64,000 nt of DNA from positions 1-64,000 of the forward strand of contig JBLWGC010000085.1 of assembly GCA_048772705.1 (NCBI GenBank), given 5' to 3'. Origin of the DNA: Leidyana gryllorum EB-2025a (lineage: Eukaryota; Protista; Apicomplexa). Positions 25,748-36,712 of the stretch are shown one piece after another. Below the pieces are notes generated by a model. That model saw only the letters and a list, made by a program, of their open reading frames with translations. It did not search any database and was not told where the DNA came from. The stretch's first letter is position 1; each line of letters opens with the position of its first letter. Both the position numbers and the translations under genes were made by a program.

Positions 25748-25958
25748 AACTTACCTGCGGGTTGCAGTGTCTGGCTCAAGAAGCGATGCGCAGGGGGAGG
25801 AGCAACCACTGCACTCTGGTGAATGTAAGTCCCTCGGGAGGGTCACACATAGTGTGGTTCTCCCACCTGAGACTTTCTGAGAGGGCGGACGGGGCTCGAC
25901 TCGACGCCGACATTCGAGACTAATTTGAGCAAATTGAGTGAGATCGGTCAATCACATC
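25748..25958 (+). ncRNA. U1: U1 spliceosomal snRNA, variant A (extended)
   Basis: 5' AACTTACCTG, SL1 loop GCTCAAGAAG, SL2 loop CTGCACTC, Sm-like AATTTGAG; homologous to the copy at 62880; 3' end approximate. Confidence 0.85.
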
Positions 25959-26699
25959 GAGACCCCCAGGATGCGACAGCTTTATGTTGATGGACAGTTG
26001 ACTCGGACGACGATGAAAAAGGAGGTGGACACTCTGTGTGGTACGCGGTTGTCATATTAATGAAATCTTCAAGTCGGGGATGAGGGAGGCTAATTATGAG
26101 TATGAGGTGCATTTAGGTGGTGGTCGGGTGGCGCCACAGAGCAGCCGTGCCCTCCGTGCAGACCCTTGGAGACATCTCGTAACTGACAGTGACTTATGTC
26201 GCCATGTACGTGCACTCGCGAGGTATTGCCTAGATCTCCTGGATCGCTGCCGTTTGCAATATCTGCCTCGTTCTCGAGAGCGTGCCGTGCCAACTTCCAC
26301 AAGATCTGAAATGGCCAAATATTGTAACAGCCGATCTGCTAATTGTTCGGATGCGTGGTGTAAGCATCACTGTTCCCGCTCCCGTTTCCTCAGTGAGACG
26401 ACCTCGTCGGGCGTATGGGTGCATGAGTAAAGCGCTCTATTCGGTGGAGGGCAAATGGGAAACGTAATGGCAGCTTAACCTGGGACACTTTGTGCATCTG
26501 TGTACTGTCGCCGCAGCCACTGTGACTTGAAACCCGTGCGCCCCACGACACAAGATCGGAACTTTCTGTGAGGCGGAAGTGGACTGGGATCTCCACGATC
26601 TGAAAGAATCTTGTCTCGAGTTCGGGACACTGATTCCTTGGTTCGGCCGACTCTGATTCGGAGACGCCGTGGGAGTTGGGGGCACGAGAAGTCATTGTG

Positions 26700-27593
26700 T
26701 CGCTCCTGTCCGCCGTCTCCGAATGAGGGCCGCTCAAACTCCCACCCGCCTGTCTCGATTCCCTGTAAAAAATCTTTTCACATCGTCAACCGCAAACGAC
26801 ACCAGGGGCGTCTCATCTCTCTCGCCGAATATGACTTCCAACGTAGTGCCAAATCCGAGATCAGCTACTTCCTCAATCAATGTGAAATTTTTCTTACACC
26901 CTCACGAAGTTAGCCGACAGGTATCAATGTATACGTCAGTCTGCCCGCTCCCGTCTCCGCTTTCGTTGCCTTCCATACCACCACCCGAAACACATCACAT
27001 GTAGCCAGAAGCTTACAGCAAATATTGTCTGATCTCCACCCTTGAGTTTTGCCTCAAGAACACACAAAACCTTGTGAACAGAGTCGTGGAGTGTGGAAGG
27101 CCCTGTGGCACAGTTGCCAATCACACCGGTTGCAGCCGCCGTGTGATCTTAAACGGAACGGGCTTCTTGAGCTGCGCCGAGACGCAACGCCGAGTCTCCA
27201 GACGGAAGGACGTGGAGGAGACTTCATCTGTCTCCAGGGTATCATGGCCTGAGCCCCACGACGACCGCGAGCCATATATTTTCCCGCCCCTCTGCGTAGA
27301 GTATTGTGCAGAACACATTCAAAAGGCCCCGTATCCCCAATCTGGGTCAGAGGAAGCGACAATTCGCGAGTCGAAAGATCAAACAGTTCCGACTTGCGCA
27401 TCCACGATCTGCCGAACATATAGCGGCCAATCTGTCTGAATATCGAAGATCCCGAGAAGCCATCATGCACCTACCGACGAAGTCTATCACCTACACCCCA
27501 CATGTCTTCCGTCGTCGAGAGCACAGGCGGTGTCAGGGTGAATTTGTCTTGCCGGTCTCACCTGTTTCAGAGAGGGGAATGGGGAACAGGTAA
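26700..27593 (+). pseudogene. Possible decayed third paralog of the 28.1/32.4-kb genes
   Basis: AKSEISYFLNQCEIFL resembles AKARLRYFFDNVSQIL; KIKQFRLAH resembles RLEDVRAAH; no long ORF. Confidence 0.3.
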
Positions 27594-28105
27594 TGATGTT
27601 CTTTCGTCACCGTCGACGAGGGAGACATGGTCCTGTTGGAGCCCCTATCGGGGAGCAGCAATGTCTGTCACCATGGCGGGCTATGTATCGTTGGCCAGGG
27701 TCTCCACCTCAGGGGCACTTTTCGACTCGTAACAAATGTATGGGTACTACCCTTACTTGCCACTTACTCGGTTCACCATTGTGGCGTCATCGAAAGGACG
27801 AGAAGTGTCGCGTCCATAAGGCCCTCTAGTGTTTGAGTGGATTGACGGCTCCTAAGCGTGCACTGAAGACGAGCGTCGGAAGAGAGAGCGTCCACTGTTT
27901 CCCACTCGCCGTTGACTCGTTGATGACAACGGCACAGTGTTTTCATGTGGCCCATTCCGTTAATGAGTGTATTCCCGATGATCCCAGCGCTCAGTGCGTC
28001 AGGAACTCTGTACTCGTGGAAACGCGCTTGCCGGGTCAGTAAGCCTCGCGAGCGCGTCACAGTTGGCTGGACAAATTCTATGCAGAAATCCCCCCCCACG
28101 GTCCC

Positions 28106-31100
28106 GTGCCACTTTCCAACCACAAAGCGCAAACCAACCACCAACTTCTAATCAACACTTCGGAAAACACTGTGACTTCTACTGCCAATCCATTCAAGAT
28201 CATGGCTTCCGTCAACATGTCCGCTACTCAACAGGTCCGCGTATCCCAATGGCTCCCAGTGTCAGCGAAGACATCTCTTCAGATGTCTGGGTCTACTCAG
28301 ACCCCCATTGAACAAGGGGTATACCTGCCCCTTGTCGATTGTGTTGGCCGCCTTGTTTTGTTGGGAGAGTGCGGAACGGTGAGAGACCACTTAGATGTGG
28401 ATGACACCCCCGCCTCCCCATGTTCTATCGAGCTCGTGACCTTTTATAAGTCACTGATCGACCGTATCTTCCAACTACCACAACGTCCAACAGGAGCGTG
28501 TCGAGAGCTGGAACAAATTTTGGTGGACTTCATTCGACATGCCATCGATGTCGAGAAGCTTGATACGTGTCTTCCGAACGCCTCGGTAGATGATGCCTTC
28601 CGGATCTTCGAGAGTTCTGTAAAGAACGCCCGAAGTCGGATGAACGTGTTCATCGACAAGTGTATGGAGGTGGTGTCTACCGAGGAATTCGGAGCCATTT
28701 CAACAAGCTGGACCACTTATCGGACTGCCCTTGAATTGGCCTTGGTTTCAGCTCAAGAATTCACCAAGGCCCGTCAATCTGCCGCCAAAAGCGCCGAGAA
28801 TACTCGGGCACAGCAGCGCAGGCGTCAGGAACGGGTTCTGGACTTCGAGCTGGATTATCTACTTAGAACGTTAAAGAAATCGACCCCCGTGAGCTTCTTG
28901 GCGAGTTTCGTAGACTCAGGACATGATCCTACGCCCTCAGCACTCACCCTTAGCACGAATAGGAAGTCGAGGAGCCCCCTCCCTCGTCCGAAAGCCGTCT
29001 CCACCATCAACCAATCCCCCACCATGACCGGGTTGTGTCCACCTACTACAGCCTCTCCGTCACGCTCATCGGAGGCAGAGGCTACCGAGCCGCTCTTCAC
29101 AAAGGGTTACACGGAGTTTGCCCATCCATCCTCCTCCCCCCCCCCTTTCCATGAACATGAAACCACTTCCGTCCCTGAAGTGACGGTAGGCATCGGGCCA
29201 CATGATCCAATTAACAACATCGATCCCCCTCAGCCCTCGCCCTTCCACCCGTCACTACACTCATTTGGACCAACTGCACACACAGATGTTATCAGGATCG
29301 AGCCAGTCAAAGCTGCAGCTGAATCGCCCTCGCTTGTCCCGCCCTTAGCACACTCATTCGAAACCCCTGACGTGACTCAAAACGACACTCTCAAATGCAC
29401 AGCCCCCGCTCAGGCAATTAACCACAGAGTTTCGCCAAATCCGGTCTGTCCTCTGCCTGAAGAAGAGAACGAGGTGTCCTTGGTGCCTGCACAGTGTCCA
29501 CCTTCCGATCCTTGTAGTCACGACTTCGAGAGCCATGTGACAGAGGAAGCCGTGAGCTGTTCTGCGTTGCCACCCGCCGTTAGTCTTTCGTCAGATGACT
29601 TGACTCTCGGCGAGAGAGAGTCAGCTGGCTTATCCGACACCAAAGAGTCGCCGAACGTCCAGTTGAAACCAAAATCGCCACACCACCCCCGACGCCAATC
29701 TGTATCACAAAAATGCTCAGATCCTTCGTGGAGTTCTAGTGCGTCCCCGGTGAGTTCTGACTGTCTTCTTGATGATGAGGACCCCTGGGCTGTGCACGAG
29801 GCTGTTTCCTCGGTCTGCCTGGGCCCCAGAGAGGGTGTTCCCGATGATGAATCAAAGACCCCCAGCGGCGAGGGGACATGTCAAGATCGGTCTTCCAATA
29901 CACCTGCCGGCCCCGACTACTCCTCATCTCCCCTTCCTTCTGAAATTGACGGGGCATTGTCTGCAGCACCGAGTGAGTTGCGATCTGAGTCGATCAAAGA
30001 AAAAGAAGCTGGAACGCAAGAAGAAATGAAGCTGGAAGATCAGATGGAGACTCACAACAATGAGAGTTACAGAGTCAGCGGTAGTTCACTCGTGACCGAG
30101 GAGTCTCTCCAGAGGTTCGGCGATGACCAACCCGCGCCCCATTCATATAATATCACCCCCAAGGTGCCTCCGCCAGTTGAAGAAGAATCCCTTCCGCTTG
30201 AGATCGACGATTCCCCTTTGAAACTAACGGAGACCACAAACTCCGTGCAGTGTGGGGCTGATCTCAAACCCGAATACCGCTGCCACAATGAAGAGAGACC
30301 TGTTGCCTTGCCACCGATCGCTGAAGACGCGGTAGCCGAAACGCAAAACTCTGCCGTCGAGACAGCTCCCATCCGAGCTGCTCCCGTTGAAAACTTGCCG
30401 ACGTATCAGCTCAGACCGAACAAAGACGGGCTTCCAGGTCAACCCATCGGTCAGGATGCTAAAGGACGGACTTGCTTCTTGATTGGATGCCCCAACAGCC
30501 CTCAGACGGACTCCGTGTCTCACGACGAAACTGTTGTGGGGGCGACGGTCGGACCCGGAATCCGGCTGTGTGATTTCCCCATAACCCCGAGAGGTGACTT
30601 CGCTGACACCTCTAGCCTCTATCAACAAAGCGAAGCACAACGCATCAAGAACCAACAGCGCCGAGAGGAGTCGCGAGCAAAGCGATTGAGCAAAGAAGAC
30701 GAGAAACGGCGTCTTGTTCAAGAGAGGCGTGCCAAAGCGCTGGCCGACAAGGAAGAAAGTCGGAGACGACTGGAAGAAGTGCGGGCCCACCACTCCAGTG
30801 GTCGGCAGGGCCTCAGGGACAGGGCAAGGATACAACCACTTGTTCGCCCCCTTGCAGCATTGCAGGGAATGCCAGAGAGGCAAAGCGCCCCTCTCAAGCC
30901 CCCCCGACAACCTCCCCGCTCAATCAAGCGACGCACGTTACCCGCCCTGCAGGATCATGAGCCTCAGCCTACGTGTGAGACGTCTATCAACTCCGTTCGG
31001 GAAAGACATTCCCGGCACGCAACGGCCGACTCAAACGTGGAGTCGGCTGTTAATGGGGTGTCCGACAAAGACATCGATCAAGAAGGCGGATCTTATCGGC

Positions 31101-31402
31101 CAATAAATGGAGGGACGAATGCACCTGGACTCAAAACGGAGAGATTGGTGAGCCACTCGAACCTCTCTGTGGATGAAACAGTTCCGAACGAGTTGGAAGG
31201 CGAGAACGACCACGTATCACCGGCCTTGCAAAACCCGGGTGGCCGGACTAGAGTGGGCAATAGATCGACGGAAGGCCCTGAAAGTGCTCAAGTCGAGGGA
31301 GGACAACAGAATGGAATGAGAAATCAGCGAGTCACCCCTCCGCAATCGAACAGTCTTTTTTGCCTCCAATGGAAGAAGACCCGCCGGCGGCGACATCAAT
31401 AA
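28106..31402 (+). CDS. Hypothetical protein of about 1100 aa (helical N-domain, long disordered S/P/E linker, basic coiled segment)
   Basis: Long ORF paralogous to 32416-34764 (YLPLVDCVGRLVLLG vs FLPLVDSEGRIAFLG); the first ATG is probably at 28202. Confidence 0.75.
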   Translation: MPLSNHKAQTNHQLLINTSENTVTSTANPFKIMASVNMSATQQVRVSQWLPVSAKTSLQMSGSTQTPIEQGVYLPLVDCVGRLVLLGECGTVRDHLDVDDTPASPCSIELVTFYKSLIDRIFQLPQRPTGACRELEQILVDFIRHAIDVEKLDTCLPNASVDDAFRIFESSVKNARSRMNVFIDKCMEVVSTEEFGAISTSWTTYRTALELALVSAQEFTKARQSAAKSAENTRAQQRRRQERVLDFELDYLLRTLKKSTPVSFLASFVDSGHDPTPSALTLSTNRKSRSPLPRPKAVSTINQSPTMTGLCPPTTASPSRSSEAEATEPLFTKGYTEFAHPSSSPPPFHEHETTSVPEVTVGIGPHDPINNIDPPQPSPFHPSLHSFGPTAHTDVIRIEPVKAAAESPSLVPPLAHSFETPDVTQNDTLKCTAPAQAINHRVSPNPVCPLPEEENEVSLVPAQCPPSDPCSHDFESHVTEEAVSCSALPPAVSLSSDDLTLGERESAGLSDTKESPNVQLKPKSPHHPRRQSVSQKCSDPSWSSSASPVSSDCLLDDEDPWAVHEAVSSVCLGPREGVPDDESKTPSGEGTCQDRSSNTPAGPDYSSSPLPSEIDGALSAAPSELRSESIKEKEAGTQEEMKLEDQMETHNNESYRVSGSSLVTEESLQRFGDDQPAPHSYNITPKVPPPVEEESLPLEIDDSPLKLTETTNSVQCGADLKPEYRCHNEERPVALPPIAEDAVAETQNSAVETAPIRAAPVENLPTYQLRPNKDGLPGQPIGQDAKGRTCFLIGCPNSPQTDSVSHDETVVGATVGPGIRLCDFPITPRGDFADTSSLYQQSEAQRIKNQQRREESRAKRLSKEDEKRRLVQERRAKALADKEESRRRLEEVRAHHSSGRQGLRDRARIQPLVRPLAALQGMPERQSAPLKPPRQPPRSIKRRTLPALQDHEPQPTCETSINSVRERHSRHATADSNVESAVNGVSDKDIDQEGGSYRPINGGTNAPGLKTERLVSHSNLSVDETVPNELEGENDHVSPALQNPGGRTRVGNRSTEGPESAQVEGGQQNGMRNQRVTPPQSNSLFCLQWKKTRRRRHQ

Positions 31403-32415
31403 TTGAACCATTGTTAGCTCCTATCAATAATCGATCAATCCCGTGTATGACCTCCCCAATGGTCGGAGCCAAGTAGTGCAAACGACCCCCAGTAAAGCTG
31501 AGCGCTCTTCACAGCCTCTCCAGTTCTTCCCCGCTTGAACCCAGTGGCTTTCAATGACTAAGTGGAAGTAGCGAGCCGCGTGCAACTTCGATTATCGGAT
31601 AACAATGCCTCTTATAGCCAATCGAAATTCACTTAGAACGGGGACCGTCTTCGAGGTGTTGTGAGTTCCCCTCTGATATGTGCGCACTGAATGACTACTG
31701 ATGGTTGAGTGATGAGAGACATCGATTGTCTCGACCTGTCTTTGGCGGTCGTGAGCCGTTGAGCAGGAAGCTATGCAACGGCCGACGACAAGGGAGGAGA
31801 CAAGCGCTTAACCAATATGGTAGGTAGCGCCTATTCTCGGAGACGGCTGTTCAATGGAACAGTCCTGGGAAAGTCACTCTATTGGACACGGAAGGGAAGG
31901 TGAGTTCAACATTACTGGGCAACAATGAGTGCTCGGGTGGACTCATCCTGACATATCGATGATGTGTAATAATGAGACTCGAATGCCTGCCAATGGTGAC
32001 CGTCTCAACGTCATGCGAGTCGCGTCTAATACTCAATTTTGTGGTTCATTATGGTTAATCGCCACTTGACGTGGAATTGGGGAGGATCAGATGCAGTGGA
32101 AGTGTGGAAGCGGAAGCGTGCGATGATGTGGACGCGTGCCAGCGGTTTGTTGTGGGTGCGCGAGCTGGAAGCCGGTCGAACGTCGGTAGCGCATGATCAG
32201 TGCGAGACGGCAGAAATATGGTGTTGCAACGTGGGCGACGAATGACTGGAAGCTGCTTTTGATGAGTGCTTTGCGCACGAATGCGGTATCGAGAAGACGC
32301 GGTGCGGGGAAAACGTCAAGCGATCGTTTGTTTGACCTCGCGGATTGACGCGGGGGAGAAAACTGGGTAGGCCCTCTCTTCTTTTGTATGTAAACCTCCA
32401 CAACAGCACCAGCAG

Positions 32416-34764
32416 TTGTTTGGTTCACACACCTCATCGCGCGTTATTCATCCTTATCGCATCGCAGCCATGATCAACACCCAACAGATCGTCATCTCTG
32501 AGTGGGCTGCATTCAATGGGAGCTCAAACTTTGACTTCGTCAAGTCATTGTCGTCCCCGTCCTACAACTCTCAAAGGGAGTTGTTTCTCCCTCTCGTGGA
32601 TTCTGAGGGGAGAATTGCCTTCCTTGGTTCGTGTGCTCCTCAAAACAGTGTGGAGCTATTGTCTGTCCCCTCGCCTGGTACAGGCCACCAATCATTGTTA
32701 GAGGGACTCCGCTTGATCGTGAGTCATTATCTCAGGCCACTTGAAGAGAATCTTCCTGACAACTTACATCCGGCGATTGCAAGTTTGATGACGGATTTTG
32801 TCCGCGTAGGTCTGAGCATGGACATTCTTATGACGAAGATATGTCCTTCGAGTGAGACGGACTTGTTTGAGATGTTCAAGATCAATGTGACCTATGCGAA
32901 AGCGCGGCTGCGATACTTCTTCGACAATGTATCCCAGATCTTACCCACTACTGATCTCGGCCCACTACAATTGGGGTGCAATCGGTATGACATCGCCCTC
33001 GATGAATGTCTCACCCATGCCTCCGGACTCACCGACACCTGGAAGAGCTTCCGGCTGGAGAGAGAGACACAGGCAATAAGGCATACAAATCAGCTCATCG
33101 ATGAGCAGGACAGATTCCTCATCGGCCTGTGTTCAAGTCTTTCTCACGCCTCATCCCAATGCCCAGTCGCTCACACCAAGGAACCCGTCCCATCTCCTCA
33201 CTTTGGAGCGAACGGACTGTGGAATTCCCCAACGGGGGATTCTCTCAGAGACAGACGAGCTTCATCACTGCCCGATCACGGCCCCTCTTCCTGCAACTCT
33301 CCTCTGGCGGCGAAAGCTTCATCAGGGGATAGAAGGCTGCACAGCTCAACTCCACGACCCACCACTTCCACTTTGGAAACTTGCGCCCGGGACTCCTGCC
33401 CACCATCGAACAGCGTCAATGCTACAGCAATCCTCACATCCCCCATCAGTGTGATGGAATTAGACCAACAGCCGCCGACAGAGAAGATCAAAGCCCCAGT
33501 TGAACGTGGCCGCTTGGCATCGATCGGTCGAAGTTGTCTTGATCCCCCGGAGCGAGGACGCGGCCGATGGTCGGGAGGAGGAAAGCAGAGCCCGGAATCA
33601 GCCACCTCTGATATTGACCAGCAAGTACCAACCAATGCTAATGCTCCCGACAAGAGACTTCTTCGACAGCAAAAGGATTTCACTGACACCACCAGACTAT
33701 ATGAGCGGAGCCAAGAACAGAGAAGGGAGAATCAGACACGTCGCATGAGTCACAGCATAAGACTGATGACTGGACGTGCACAGGTCAATACGACGAATCA
33801 GAAGAAACACACCATTGTCAGAACGGAGAAGCAGCAGCGTCGTGCCCGCTTGGAAGATGTCCGTGCAGCGCACTATGAAGGACGGATGGCGCGGAGGGCG
33901 ACTTTAAATATCAAACCACTCGTGCGATCACGGCCTATGAGTCAGTATCGTGTGATGGGCTCTCGTCGGGATCCCGGGTCCAAGCGCTCTACAGAAGAAG
34001 GTGAAGGGAATGTCGATGATAGCCATCCAGCAGGTAGTGTGGCTAGGGCGACTCCCAGGCCCGAAAGGGAGGCCGAGGTGGGATTTTGCTCTCCAGAAGA
34101 AGGTGAAGGGAATGTCGATGATAGCCATCCAGCAGGTAGTGTGGCTAGGGCGACTCCCAGGCCCGAAAGGGAGGCCGGGGTGGGATTTTGCTCTCCAGAA
34201 GAAGGTGAAGGGAATGTCGATGATAGCCATCCAGCAGGTACTGTGGCTAGGGCGACTCCCAGGCCCGAAAGGGAGGCCGAAGTGGGATTTTGCTCTCCCG
34301 AAATTGCTAGAGACTTGACGAAGTGTGGTGCTGATGGAGGAGCAAGCTGCATATTAGACTCCCCCGAAGCTTGTGACTTTCCGCTGCTGATTGAGCGCCC
34401 CGTCGAGACAACGACGGTCGCCTGTGGCGTTCAGGTCGATCCATCCGACCTCGCGCCGGGAAGAAGAAGTGATGTCGTCAGATCGCCTGAATCTGGAAAT
34501 GGCCATCCCTACTCACCCAAAGGAAGCGTCTCAGAGCAGTCGTCTTGGTCCGGCAATGATTCCCCCGCCGATGAGTTTCCAATCGGGCACCCAACTCCTT
34601 GTTTACAGAATCCTGCCAAAAATAGCACTCCCGCACCGTTATCCTCGAGGGCGGTGAGTATAACAGCAAAGAAGAAGACGGGGTGCAAAAGAGCGAAGCT
34701 GCGCCGCTTTCTTCACTTGAATCGAGAATCACGTAGAGCTGCTGAAGTGTGCAACGATATATGA
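32416..34764 (+). CDS. Hypothetical protein, paralog of 28106-31402
   Basis: Shared N-domain and a DFxDTxxLY...RLExVRAxH...IxPLVR block. Confidence 0.75.
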   Translation: MFGSHTSSRVIHPYRIAAMINTQQIVISEWAAFNGSSNFDFVKSLSSPSYNSQRELFLPLVDSEGRIAFLGSCAPQNSVELLSVPSPGTGHQSLLEGLRLIVSHYLRPLEENLPDNLHPAIASLMTDFVRVGLSMDILMTKICPSSETDLFEMFKINVTYAKARLRYFFDNVSQILPTTDLGPLQLGCNRYDIALDECLTHASGLTDTWKSFRLERETQAIRHTNQLIDEQDRFLIGLCSSLSHASSQCPVAHTKEPVPSPHFGANGLWNSPTGDSLRDRRASSLPDHGPSSCNSPLAAKASSGDRRLHSSTPRPTTSTLETCARDSCPPSNSVNATAILTSPISVMELDQQPPTEKIKAPVERGRLASIGRSCLDPPERGRGRWSGGGKQSPESATSDIDQQVPTNANAPDKRLLRQQKDFTDTTRLYERSQEQRRENQTRRMSHSIRLMTGRAQVNTTNQKKHTIVRTEKQQRRARLEDVRAAHYEGRMARRATLNIKPLVRSRPMSQYRVMGSRRDPGSKRSTEEGEGNVDDSHPAGSVARATPRPEREAEVGFCSPEEGEGNVDDSHPAGSVARATPRPEREAGVGFCSPEEGEGNVDDSHPAGTVARATPRPEREAEVGFCSPEIARDLTKCGADGGASCILDSPEACDFPLLIERPVETTTVACGVQVDPSDLAPGRRSDVVRSPESGNGHPYSPKGSVSEQSSWSGNDSPADEFPIGHPTPCLQNPAKNSTPAPLSSRAVSITAKKKTGCKRAKLRRFLHLNRESRRAAEVCNDI
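33993..34298 (+). repeat. 105-bp coding tandem repeat x3 (EEGEGNVDDSHPAGSVARATPRPEREAEVGFCSP)
   Basis: Three near-identical in-frame units. Confidence 0.95.
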
Positions 34765-35231
34765 TATGGACACAAGTCGAAGAACTATTATTACAAAATC
34801 AAAGTCATTAATCTGAAGTAAGATGGGGCATGAAGCCCCAATCCCTGGTACCCTTGACGTAGTCACCTGTTTGGTGCGACCGACATATGGAAAGCGCGAA
34901 CTCTTCTTTTTGGTTACACTGGGCTCCTCGCACGATGGGTACAGCTGGGACACACAAGTTGTCGGAGGAATAGGTCGCGTAGGCGCCAGAGGCCTCCAAC
35001 GGACACTCGTGGACGCCAACATACACTCTGCAAGGGAGTGAGCCGTGGGCTTGGCTCGCATGAAACTCCGAGGCGTCGGGGGTTCCTACTGGTTCACTCA
35101 CCACTGGGAAGTCGGTCATGACTCGTCAGCTAACTCTGATCGATTTACAAAAGACTACAGGAATGTCGGTGACATCACAGCTATCTCGGTGGGCTAACTA
35201 CGCCTGACCGCTCAGGGAGACACGCACTTGT

Positions 35232-35311
35232 TGATCTGCAATAGACACACAGACACAGCCCAGCCGCATCGCCCATTGGGACGATGCCGCACACAACTAC
35301 AAAAGCCCAGA
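35232..35311 (+). repeat. 5' fragment of the 333-bp dispersed element
   Basis: TGATCTGCAATAGACACACAG...CTACAAAAGCCCAGA matches the starts at 35823 and 46579. Confidence 0.9.
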
Positions 35312-35721
35312 GTGAGCCGTTAATTCGTGATCGGTTCTGTAGGCCGATCAGCGTTCGGAACTGCCGTAAGGTCGACCGTAGGGTTTTGATCTTCCTCTTG
35401 GTTGCTTGCCGCCTTGCTCCTTAATCCGTCCTTCGCCATCGCGTAGTTCAATTAGTCAAGTCAGTTCAGTCCGTGCCGAGCACACGCGTGTTTGGATGCC
35501 GGTGTCTCCGTGTCAGCCGGCCCCAATCGTCATATAGATCACCACACATAAAATATAAACAAATAAAAGATGCAAAAGGGGGTTCACTAATCTAGGGTTA
35601 CAGTACCCTAACACTCCGTGTCACACAGGGGTTTGACGAATCAGAGGTGCAAAGGCATCTGTTAACTCTGTCAACAACACGAGCTAAGTAGATCCAGTCA
35701 ACAAGGTCACGCCGATACAAC

Positions 35722-35822
35722 TGATTGGAGTTTGCGGGGTCCTGGGAGGGGTCCTGGGAGGGGTTTGGATCGGTGGTGACGCGGTGTTGGATTGGCGTGA
35801 CCTCCTCAACTTGTTCCGACAT
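35722..35822 (-). repeat. Inverted copy of the 3' part of the 333-bp element, fused to the full copy
   Basis: Reverse complement of 36068-36156 with an internal 12-bp duplication. Confidence 0.9.
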
Positions 35823-36156
35823 TGATCTGTAATAGACACACAGACACAACCCAGCTGCATCGCCCATTGGGACGATGCCGCACACAACTACAAAAGCACA
35901 GATAGAATAGAAAAGACAGACAGAGCGAGAGATGCGCGACTCTTAATCAGTGACTATAGATCAACAAAACTACAACTCAACTACTACAACTTCTACTACT
36001 CATCATACCCGTTATAACCCGATCACAGAGCCTACGCCTACAAAGGCGATCCTCCAAGGAACCAGACATGTCGGAACAAGTTGAAGAGGTCACGCCAATC
36101 CAACACCCTGTCACCACCGATCCAAACCCCTCCCAGGACCCCGCAAACTCCAATCA
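35823..36156. mobile_element. Dispersed element of about 334 bp with TGAT...ATCA ends (solo-LTR-like, no TSD visible)
   Basis: Near-identical to 46579-46911 with the same precise ends. Confidence 0.65.
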
Positions 36157-36243
36157 AGGATTAGATGTACTTGAGGAACATGCGTTAGGAGGTAACTCAT
36201 TTTACGTTAGAGACAAGAGCTAAGAAGATCCAGTCAACAACTC
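36157..36243 (+). repeat. Second dispersed repeat family (about 85 bp)
   Basis: CATGCGTTAG(G)AGGTAACTC...GAGCTAAGAAGATCCAGTCAACAACTC matches 63676-63759; its last 24 nt also occur at 35681-35704. Confidence 0.75.
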
Positions 36244-36712
36244 CCGTCAACAGTTGAAGGTGTCAAAGATTGGATGTACATGGAGAACATACACATTAGT
36301 AATTCATTTTACGTTGGACTACACAGCTAAGTACGAACCGGTACACAAGCCAACTCCGAACCAGCAAACAGTGCCGATCGTAACCAATATCAATAGCCCC
36401 CCAGGTCTCTCGCCAGATATCAGTGTTACGCATTTTGGGAGGCATATCCTTCCCATAGCATTAATGTGAATTGTTAAGAGCAGCCATACGAGTATCCACA
36501 TTGTGTGTCAATTTAATCTGACGAAAAATTCAGGTAGATTCATTAACTCGAACGGCCGTGTTCACTTATCATCCACATTCGATCATTGATTCAGAGGCGT
36601 GTGGTGTGACATCATTAAGTCACCGTTCCTCATAAATTCATTTCCTTCAAAGAGAAATGTCGAAAATCTTGAGCTTTGCAAATTGTTGGGCTCCGCGAAT
36701 TCTTGGGCATTT

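Noticed and set aside
32268-32400. U4 snRNA candidate (GCTTTGCGCA...GGTATCG)
   Set aside because: No kink-turn 5' stem-loop, no U6-pairing UGCU and no convincing Sm site.
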